DNA from: Okeania sp.
GTDB taxonomy: Bacteria > Cyanobacteriota > Cyanobacteriia > Cyanobacteriales > Microcoleaceae
Direction: 5' to 3'
NCBI RefSeq assembly: GCF_035285525.1
Contig: NZ_JAYKGW010000239.1
Location: 1 to 16,457 of the forward strand
DNA: 16,457 nt
The translations under genes and the position numbers were made by a program. The stretch's first letter is position 1. Each line of letters begins with the position of its first letter. The notes beneath the pieces were generated by a model that saw nothing but the letters and a program-made list of their open reading frames with translations, ran no database searches and was not told the DNA's origin. Below, one piece after another: positions 1 to 6,799 of this stretch.

Positions 1-60
1 AGATGGTGCATAATAGAACTATTTTTATACTTTTTTCCCTATTTTACTTCTCGATTTCTT

Positions 61-88
61 GACTCCTGTCTCCTGTCTCCTGACTCCC
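61..88. repeat. Heptamer tandem repeat (CTCCTGT/CTCCTGA, about 4 units), STRR-like
   Basis: Read directly: gactcctgtctcctgtctcctgactcc. 7-nt period, no spacers. Confidence 0.8.
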
Positions 89-138
89 AATCCTCAATGC
101 GTGTAAAGACCCCAAATGGGTTCTATAAGAAAATTTAT

Positions 139-241
139 CAGGACTAAAGCCACGGGAACCCAGAGACCGGGTTTCTCGTAGATGCTTATTGCCAAAAACA
201 ATGATTTACCCTAGAAACCGAGTTTCTTTGCGTAAGTCTTG
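139..241 (+). repeat. MITE-like hairpin repeat, family A, copy 1 (more degenerate copy)
   Basis: About 103 nt, aligns end to end at roughly 85% identity with 11391-11494 (caggactaaa..gggaaccc..gtttct..atgatttacc..agaaacc..gtaagtc.tg). The end motif gcgtaagtc(t/c)tg recurs at 292-303 and 5967-5978. Confidence 0.7.
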
Positions 242-327
242 TTTATACCACCTGTAAGCGTCCTCTACGAATAACTTTTTGTCTAAGGATTTGCGTAAGT
301 CCTGAAAACTATAAAAATACTAAGATT

Positions 328-726
328 ATGATTGACACACAAACAAATACACTAGCAATAGGTCAAGCAGCTTTTGAGAAATTGACTCATGGTTTAGCGA
401 CTGGAGAATGGGAAGCATTTTTAGAGATGCTAACTGACGATTTTACTTTTTGGTTTCCTGTGGGGAAATTTCATGGTTTAAATGAAGGAAAAGACCGTGC
501 TAGAGAATTTTTTCAGTATGTTTCTGAAGCTTATAGTGAAGGACTTTCTATTACTTCTTTAGATCGCATTACTAGCAATGAAACAACGGTGGTCTTTGAA
601 TTTCGAGATGAAGGTCCGATGTGGGGAAAACCTTATAAAAATCGAGTAGCAATTTCTTTTGATGTCCGAGGTGACAAAATTTGTGCTTATCGAGAATATT
701 TAGGTAGTGACGGTAAGTCAAATTAG
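328..726 (+). CDS. NTF2/SnoaL-like small alpha+beta protein (132 aa)
   Basis: ATG at 328, TAG at 724-726. Single-domain size and sequence pattern (FLEMLTDDFTFWFP ... TVVFEFRDEG ... RVAISFDVRGDKICAYREY) resemble SnoaL/NTF2-fold proteins. Family call is by recall only. Confidence 0.55.
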   Translation: MIDTQTNTLAIGQAAFEKLTHGLATGEWEAFLEMLTDDFTFWFPVGKFHGLNEGKDRAREFFQYVSEAYSEGLSITSLDRITSNETTVVFEFRDEGPMWGKPYKNRVAISFDVRGDKICAYREYLGSDGKSN

Positions 727-965
727 GGTTTGCTGAATAAAGCAGAGTATGGGAAGGGTGGGAAGAGAGATATACCGATGACAGTGGGAGCATCTTGCTT
801 CCAGATCAGGTGTACAGGAGAAGTTCAAATATATTGGAGATTTACTGTACTTTCGCCAATAAAATATAGCAATTTCCCAAGTTATAAGGTACAGTTGTTT
901 TTCTTTTTTTTCTATTCCTTGTTACCTAAAAATTACTAAATTTTTGACAAAAAAAATAGGATTTT

Positions 966-1060
966 TATAGCAATCCTAAATAGGTTGTAAGATTTGATCG
1001 TAGGGGTTTGGAAACCAAACCCCTACAGCTTTTTCTCACATCTCATTCCTCGTTGCTATA
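966..1060 (+). repeat. MITE-like repeat family B, short form (copy a)
   Basis: tatagcaatcc...cgtaggggtttggaaaccaaacccctacag...gttgctata. Has the same termini and palindromic core as 8730-8866 and 6611-6766 but lacks their internal ~30-nt segment. Confidence 0.7.
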
Positions 1061-1095
1061 TATTATTATAAAATAACTAAAAAGTCAGAGTATTT

Positions 1096-1701
1096 ATGGT
1101 TCAATTATTACAAAAATTAATAACTTTTGATGAGTTTACTGAATGGCTACCAGAAAGTAGGCGCTATGAATTACATGAAGGCAAAACTATCGAAATTGAA
1201 CCTACAGGAATACATGCAGATATTACTGGATTTATTATTCAAGAATTAACCTGAGAATACATGAGGATGCAATTACCTTATCGTATTCCTCAGAAGGCAT
1301 TAATTAAACTAAAAAATCAAGAAACTGGCTATAATCCGGATGTACTAATTATGAATCGCCAAAATTTGATTAATCAGCCTTTATGGAATGATAAATAAAC
1401 TCTTGTTGATGGAGAATCAATTCCTTTAGTGGTTGAAGTAGTTAGCACAAAGTGGCGGGATGATTATGGTTATAAATTAATTGATTATGAAGCAATGGGT
1501 ATTCGTGAATATTCGATTGTTGATTATTTAGGAATAGGAGGTATTCGTTTTATTGGGCATCCTAAACAACCAACTATTTCTATTTATCAGCTTTTAAATG
1601 GAGAATATCAAGTACAACATTTTAGAGGGAAAGATGTGATTGATAAATCTCTAATTTTTCCGGAATTTAATTTGACCGTTGAACAGATTTTTCAAAGCTG
1701 A
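1096..1701 (+). pseudogene. Uma2-family (DUF820, PD-(D/E)xK) endonuclease inactivated by two in-frame stop codons
   Basis: One continuous frame from ATG 1096 to TGA 1699-1701 reads MVQLLQKLITFDEFTEWLPES..GFIIQELT*EYMRMQLPYRIP..NPDVLIM..LWNDK*TLVDGESIPLVVEVVSTKWRDDY..REYSIVDY. Stops are TGA 1252-1254 and TAA 1396-1398, with no frameshift. Track ORF 1429-1701 is only its last third. Confidence 0.85.
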
Positions 1702-1708
1702 AATTTCT

Positions 1709-3016
1709 CTATTTTTGATTCTGTTTCCATCGGGAATAGTCTTCCCGATAACCATGAGCTAAGTTATTTAAAATTTCTGCCCATTGTACAGGGAAATTGT
1801 CTGGCGTATAAACCATTAAAGCCATTTGTAAACAAGCGATCGCTCCCTCAATATTTTCAGTTTTACTTCCTCTGATTCTTTCCCAATAAGCATGGGCTAA
1901 ATGGTTCTGAATTTCCGCCCATTCTCAAAGATGTTTTTTTTGCGCATAAGTCTTTAAAGCATGATTTAAACAAGTGATTTCTTGTTCAATATTTTCAGCT
2001 TTATTTCCTCTGATTCTTTCTCGGTAAGCATGAGCTAAAAAATTCAGAATTTCTGCCCGTTTTTTAGGAAAAGTATCGCGAGTACGAAATCTTAAAATAG
2101 TTTCTAATCCAACAATTACTATTTCTAAAAAATTTGACAACTTTTCTCCAGGAAATTGAAAAATCTCTAAACAAAGACTTTCTACCATTGCTAAAATTGC
2201 TTCTTTTTCTTCCAGATTAGCTTGAGAACAAGTATCACTTATCCATTTTTGTAAAAGTTGGGAAAAAGAGTAATTTAATTTATCAATATTAGATTTCAGA
2301 ACAGAGTCGAGAGTTTTTAAATATTCAGGATTTTCATATTCTAATAATAGCAGTTCTTCTAACAACTCAACATATTCCAGAGTATCTTTATTTTGATGAA
2401 ACCATGCCGTATCTGGAAATACTTATAGTTGTTTTTCTTGCTCAAGATAACTTTCAAATGGAGGATAATATTGAGGTAAATTAATAACGTTATTTACAGG
2501 AAACTTAAATATTCCAGAACGCCAATCAAAAAAAATTTGGGGCTTGACGTACTAAATACTTTAAAGTGTATTTCCTGACTGTAAAAACTAAACAGCAATT
2601 AAAATTATCTCTAAATCTATCTCGTTGCCAATTTAGATGACCTAATAAGTATGATATCGAACCTTTTTCGTAATAATTTTTCGGATTTTCTCGTGTAATT
2701 TTAATATAATTATCTCAATCTAAAGACTTTTCAATACCACTAATAAATAAGATATCAATTCGATTATCTTTCACCTTCTCTTCTATCAAATCATATAAAT
2801 TATTCAGAGGATTTTTTTTAATTTTCAAACATCTATTTTTTTGTCTGGAATATCTTGCTTAACTTTACCAATAATCCTACTTTTCTGTACAAAAGAACAC
2901 TGGATAAATAAAATACCAAAACCTTCACACCAAGATAAATCCTCTGTTAAAGTCAGATAAATTTCTTGTTCATCTGGTTGAGATTTTTCTATTCGACTGA
3001 TTAAGTTATTACTCAT
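1709..3016 (-). pseudogene. TPR-repeat protein gene, heavily decayed
   Basis: Starts at ATG 3014-3016. A conserved-looking N-terminal region (..RIDILFISGIEKSLD*DNY..LLGHLNWQRDRFRDNFNCCLVFTV..LVRQAPNFF/DWRSGIFKFP) is followed by TPR-like repeats (WAEIQNHLAHAYWERIRGSKTENIEGAIACLQMAL, FPVQWAEILNNLAHGY). Disruptions: a frameshift near 2812-2828, TGA 2715-2717, a frameshift in the A8 run 2528-2535, TAA 2423-2425 and TGA 1925-1927. Final TAG is at 1709-1711. Confidence 0.75.
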
Positions 3017-3698
3017 TAGAAGTTAGCCGCCTATTTAGTGCAGATTGAAACTCAGATGTTCCTTCAATTAAAGGATGAATATCATACCAACGTATAGGAT
3101 TATCTTCACGATCAACATCTCGATATTCCAATACACAACGACGAAATAATAAACTGCGATACTCCTCCTCGTTAGGAATATTTTTTGACCGATAAACTGT
3201 AGCTAACTTATCCCATTCTTCAAAATTAACTGCATTTCTGTAAGTACCATCTCTAGCATCGCTAATAGCACGATTTACTGCTTTTATATTTATCGGAAAA
3301 TCATCAACTTGACGTATGGCAGATTGCATTAATAACATCAAATCTCGGATATTACCGCCAGTCATCTGAAAAAACTTTTTCCGAGTTTCTGAATTATCAA
3401 AAATTTGAGTATCAATATCAATTCCAATCTCTACTAAATCAACTCTTTTTTGAATAATTTCCTTGAGTTTATCTAATCCTTTTTCTAAGGTTCATTATAA
3501 TGATTTTTGACCATAATCATTGGTAAAACTTGGGGAGTTGCATAAAATATTTCTTAGTTCAGTTCCTTGACTTGAATAAGCTAAAGAAATAGGAATTGTA
3601 TAAACAACATGACAGTTTAAAGCAGTTAACTGATTACTATAATCAAGAAAAATTTCATGGTAACTTGTTCTTTGATTACTTTTTTCAATTGAACAGAC
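3009..3698 (-). pseudogene. C-terminal fragment of an AAA/STAND-like ATPase, 5' truncated with a tandem in-frame TAA-TGA
   Basis: A single frame reads ..SYHEIFLDYSNQLTALNCHVVYTIPISLAYSSQGTELRNIL..GQKSL**TLEKGLDKLKEIIQKRV..FFQMTGGNIRDLMLLMQSAIRQVDDFPI... No Walker A motif is found in any frame upstream (3699-3837). The double stop is at 3492-3497. Its 3' end overlaps the start of the TPR gene by 8 nt (3009-3016). The ATPase family call is weak and rests on the lid-like TGGNxRDL motif only. Confidence 0.55.
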
Positions 3699-3837
3699 TT
3701 ATGGTAGTATTCAAGATGAAACTTTTGTCAGACATTATCAAGGTGATTTTGAATAGAAATAATTATTTGAATAATTTATTTACCAAAAATCAATAAAGAT
3801 GCTAAACTAAACAAAAAATTAATTTGAGATTAAACTA

Positions 3838-4149
3838 ATGGGTAAAGTCTTCATATATGCTGAATATCAAGTATCAATTCCTTTTACTGAAATTAATTGG
3901 GAACCTATTAATGTAGACATGAAAAAATTTCCGGGGTTAAAATCTAAAACTTGGTTGAGTGGTTTAAATACCTATAGTGTAGGTGGTTTTTATGAATTTG
4001 ATTCTGTAGAAAATGCCCAAAATTATATTGATAATTTATTAATTCCATTTGTTAAACAAGTAAATGGAAATCTTAGTGTAAAGCTTTTTGATGGTGATGT
4101 TACAAAAGAAGCTTCCTTTGGTATGGATTCACCTTTTTATCATAGCTAA
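3838..4149 (+). CDS. YdhR-like small protein (103 aa; dimeric alpha/beta-barrel, putative monooxygenase family)
   Basis: ATG 3838, TAA 4147-4149. Its length and the pattern PGLKSKTWLSG....GGFYEFDSVENAQNYI recall the YdhR family (K.W....GG.Y.F.s...A..Y). By recall only. Confidence 0.5.
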   Translation: MGKVFIYAEYQVSIPFTEINWEPINVDMKKFPGLKSKTWLSGLNTYSVGGFYEFDSVENAQNYIDNLLIPFVKQVNGNLSVKLFDGDVTKEASFGMDSPFYHS

Positions 4150-4163
4150 TTATATCAAGAAAA

Positions 4164-4256
4164 TAGGTTGGATAGAACGAAGTGAAACCCAACAAATAAT
4201 ACTCAGCTCAAAACAGGAAGTTAGAGTTGGGTTTCGTTGCCTCAACCCAACCTACA
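4164..4256. repeat. Nested inverted repeat between convergent genes (possible bidirectional terminator or REP-like element)
   Basis: Outer arms are taggttgg 4164-4171 and ccaaccta 4247-4254. Inner arms are gaaacccaac 4184-4193 and gttgggtttc 4227-4236. It lies between stop 4149 (+) and stop 4286 (-). Confidence 0.6.
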
Positions 4257-4285
4257 AACTAAATTATTCAATCTCTAAATTTTCC

Positions 4286-5650
4286 TTACCAAGGATTACC
4301 TATTAATGTAAAACCTGACCAATAATAAGGATGAGAAAAACTCTCATCACCAAATTCTGCAAATTCTGGTGGTAATTTTAATTCTCCCCTAGTTCCGTTT
4401 AACTTACCTTTATTTACACCTACTTTTCCTTTTAACATCGCAACTTGAGCTTGTCGCAGAGCTTCTGCTTTTAACGGTGTCTTTTGTAAATGCTCATAAA
4501 ATTCTGTCATTAATCCTAATGTACCAATATCGCTAACATACCACAAACTTGCTAAGGCGGATCTGACTCCAGACTTTACTGTTAAACCTGCAAAACCTAA
4601 CTCTGCTTCTTTGTCTCCCAATGCAGTACGACAAGCACTCAAAACTAATAATTCTACTGGTGGTTGATTCAGTTTTAACTTTTCTATTTCATCTAATCCA
4701 ATTTTTTCGTCATCCCAAAATTGTATATAAGACTTATCTGGTTTTCCTGGTTTAAATTCAGCATGGGTGGCTAAATGAACTATTTCATAAGGTTGTTTTT
4801 GTCGTTGTTGTTGTAAATTTTTAACTGTAAATTCTTGGTTCATTAATGCTTTACCTTTCCCCAAGAATTTTGTAATTTTATCTATTTCTACTGGTACTGC
4901 TGGTAAAGATGGTAATTCTTTAAATTCTGATGCTCCCATTGCTAATATTTGAGCATTTTTAATCTGATTATAGTTAGTATCTATCAGATTAAATGCTGGA
5001 ATCTGAGTAATAGCATATTTTTCGATAATAAAATTTTCCCCATCATGTAGTGCTGCTAATGGTATAGTTCGTAAATTAGCACCTAAGCAGAACATTATGG
5101 TATCTATTTTTTCTGCTTTTAGTCTAGATTCTAATGGTTTTACCATCCATTCATATAGTTTTTGACCAGGCTCTAAATATGATGTAGTTTTGCGTTTTAT
5201 GGGATTTGTTATTTCTACATTGAACTTTCTAAGTGTATTAATTAATTTCTGTCGTTCTACATCTAACACACTATAAATTTCTGGTTTTTTGCCGGGAGTT
5301 ATTAAAATTAACTGCATTTGTTTTTCCCGTTGCCAAATCCAAATAACAGCAGGTTTTGTACCACTTTGTTGAGATAAATTTGTCAGAGTTTTGGCTATAT
5401 CTTCAGCAGTTAATGAAAAATCGGCTAGATTTTCATCAAAGTAATTTTCATAATCTCTTTCCCAATGTTGCTCTACTTGATTAACTGCTTCAACAAAGTT
5501 TTTTTGCTGCAAAAATCTGTCCCAGTCTTCTTCTTTCACAGCGATCGCTGATGGTTGGGATAAAATAATATTTAATGTAATGGTACTAATAAAAATTAAT
5601 GTAAATAACCAAGCAAAAATTATTCTTTTTTTCCATTTTTGATGAAACAT
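4286..5650 (-). CDS. CHAT-domain (caspase-fold) peptidase with N-terminal signal anchor (454 aa)
   Basis: C-terminal half carries CHAT hallmarks: VHLATHAEF (His296, codon 4763-4765), LLVLSACRTALG (Cys340, codon 4631-4633), SLWYVSD and HPYYWSGFTLIGNPW. The N-terminus MFHQKWKKRIIFAWLFTLIFISTITLNIILSQPSAIA is a hydrophobic signal or anchor. Confidence 0.9.
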   Translation of the reverse strand: MFHQKWKKRIIFAWLFTLIFISTITLNIILSQPSAIAVKEEDWDRFLQQKNFVEAVNQVEQHWERDYENYFDENLADFSLTAEDIAKTLTNLSQQSGTKPAVIWIWQREKQMQLILITPGKKPEIYSVLDVERQKLINTLRKFNVEITNPIKRKTTSYLEPGQKLYEWMVKPLESRLKAEKIDTIMFCLGANLRTIPLAALHDGENFIIEKYAITQIPAFNLIDTNYNQIKNAQILAMGASEFKELPSLPAVPVEIDKITKFLGKGKALMNQEFTVKNLQQQRQKQPYEIVHLATHAEFKPGKPDKSYIQFWDDEKIGLDEIEKLKLNQPPVELLVLSACRTALGDKEAELGFAGLTVKSGVRSALASLWYVSDIGTLGLMTEFYEHLQKTPLKAEALRQAQVAMLKGKVGVNKGKLNGTRGELKLPPEFAEFGDESFSHPYYWSGFTLIGNPW

Positions 5651-5796
5651 TATTTTATTCCTTTTAATTTAGTTTTGCTAGTTGAAATGCTTACCAAACA
5701 ATTAATAATTAATTGCTGAAGATGAGATATATTGGAGTATTTTTTTGAGCTATTTGTAGAGTACACACCACGGAAAAATATGCTTGCATTATCAGG

Positions 5797-5836
5797 AAAC
5801 TGTAGAGGTTTGAAGACCAAACCCCCTTAGCAATAG
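5797..5836 (-). repeat. Family B core fragment (copy b)
   Basis: The minus strand reads taagggggtttggtcttcaaacctctacagtttcc, matching the gggtttgg..ccaaacccctacagttt core of family B. Confidence 0.5.
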
Positions 5837-5996
5837 ATAATTAATAATTAAGGATAGTTTTCATTAATAGAATTTACCCAACATAAGAAAATATACACCA
5901 TCTGTATAAACGAATCCCATTCACCCCTAAGAAAATGGTGGTTATGAGTAAGTCTTGATTAAGTCTGCGTAAGTCTTGACATTATTAATTATTAAT

Positions 5997-6100
5997 TAGA
6001 CATCTCCGGAAAAGAGGGAACACTTAACTGAAAATAGGGGGGAGTAATTGATGATTCATAGATAAGAATTGATTCTATTTCTTATTTCTGGAGATGTCTA
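5997..6100. repeat. 16-bp inverted repeat enclosing 72 nt
   Basis: tagacatctccggaaa (5997-6012) pairs with tttctggagatgtcta (6085-6100): 15 Watson-Crick pairs plus one G:T. It starts 12 nt beyond the stop of the minus-strand gene 6112-6489. Confidence 0.7.
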
Positions 6101-6111
6101 TTATCAAATTA

Positions 6112-6489
6112 TCAATTATTCGTATTACCTGTGGCAGGAGTAGAAGTATCACCAGGAGTGTTCGATGGCTGTTGTATAAGTTGCTTTTGTTTATTACGGA
6201 ACTCTGCTGCTGCGTCATTTAGACTGTCACGTTGTTCGAGCATATATTCTTTCATATCCCGGTTATTTCCGAGCCTGGAGTTATGAATAATGTCGAACAT
6301 ATTGAGACCACCTGAATCACCGAAAGGATCGGGGTTATCTATTGTTTGTAAGTCTTGTAAAGGATTTATTGTGTTATTGTCATAGCTATTTTCATAAAAT
6401 TGAGCAAAACTGGACTGAGGTAGGAAAGTAGTAATTATTCCTGTAGTGAGGGTGCAAAAAAGAATTTTGGCGCTAAGTTTGGTAAACAT
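6112..6489 (-). CDS. Small secreted protein of unknown function (125 aa)
   Basis: Signal-peptide-like N-terminus MFTKLSAKILFCTLTTGIITTFLPQSSFA|Q. Has a polar Asn/Asp-rich mature part and a Thr/Pro/Asn tail. No family recognised. Confidence 0.6.
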   Translation of the reverse strand: MFTKLSAKILFCTLTTGIITTFLPQSSFAQFYENSYDNNTINPLQDLQTIDNPDPFGDSGGLNMFDIIHNSRLGNNRDMKEYMLEQRDSLNDAAAEFRNKQKQLIQQPSNTPGDTSTPATGNTNN

Positions 6490-6539
6490 AATAATGCAGT
6501 GTTTTATTTTTTAGGTAACTTTATAAATAATATAGCAAT

Positions 6540-6567
6540 GGATAATGGATAATGGATAATTAATAAT
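6540..6567. repeat. Heptamer tandem repeat GGATAAT x3 then TAATAAT
   Basis: Read directly. It is preceded by tatagcaat (6531-6539), a half-site of the family B terminus. Confidence 0.8.
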
Positions 6568-6610
6568 TACCTTTCCCTGATTTGGTTTCTCTGCATACTC
6601 AGAAAAAAAT

Positions 6611-6766
6611 TATGGCAAGAGGTACTTGTAAATTTTTCCACCTACCTACTGAAATAATTTGTGAAAAAAACTGTGGGGGTTTGGTTTCCAAATCCCATTT
6701 TGACTTGGGGAAAGGAGACCAAACCCCTACGATAAAATATTACAGTCTATTTGTAGGATTTCTATA
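6611..6766 (-). repeat. MITE-like repeat family B, long form (copy c, inverted relative to copy d)
   Basis: The reverse complement reads tatagaaatcctacaaatagactgtaat..cgtaggggtttggtctcctttccccaagtcaaaatgggatttggaaaccaaacccccacagttttttt. By eye it is roughly 85-90% identical to 8730-8850. The far end (6611-6650) is less certain. Track ORF 6582-6803 is a read-through of this repeat. Confidence 0.7.
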
Positions 6767-6799
6767 CTTATCCATCATACAAATGATAACTGATAACTG

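Noticed and set aside
1-11. Possible minus-strand gene start (ATG complement at 9-11) running off the left edge
   Set aside because: Only three codons are visible, so it cannot be supported.
572-939. Track ORFs 572-793 (-) and 730-939 (+)
   Set aside because: The first is antisense to and overlaps the better-supported NTF2-like CDS. The second runs through low-complexity T-rich intergenic DNA (FFFFFYSLL) with no ribosome-binding site or recognisable fold.
1429-1701. ORF 1429-1701 as an independent 90-aa gene
   Set aside because: It starts at a GTG inside the Uma2 frame and is only the C-terminal third of the pseudogene 1096-1701, in the same frame as ATG 1096.
1925-3365. ORFs 1925-2365, 2825-3016 and 3009-3365 as three separate genes
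   Set aside because: Reading through the stops and two homopolymer shifts gives continuous homologous-looking sequence, so they are pieces of two decayed genes. Sequencing error at the A8 run (2528-2535) and the T-run near 2812-2819 could explain the frameshifts but not the five nonsense codons.
1252-3497. Programmed recoding (selenocysteine or read-through) as an explanation for the in-frame stops
   Set aside because: Both TGA and TAA occur, one as a tandem TAA-TGA. They are accompanied by frameshifts and a missing 5' gene end, and no SECIS-like hairpin follows the TGAs. Simple pseudogenisation is far more likely.
3596-3796. ORF 3596-3796 (+), 66 aa
   Set aside because: It is antisense to the ATPase remnant frame (3009-3698), with an Asn/Leu/Phe-rich composition typical of chance ORFs in AT-rich DNA.
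4088-4306. ORF 4088-4306 (+), 72 aa
   Set aside because: It overlaps the 3' end of the YdhR-like CDS in another frame and merely translates the palindromic repeat (..VGFRCLNPTY..).
6005-6010. TCCGGA (DIF1-type heterocyst promoter motif); on the minus strand it is followed after 18 nt by AATAAT, pointing toward the CHAT gene
   Set aside because: A palindromic hexamer is expected by chance about once in a window this size (it also occurs at 13560-13565 and 12844-12849). It is also part of the 16-bp inverted repeat arm. This is too weak to call without TSS data.
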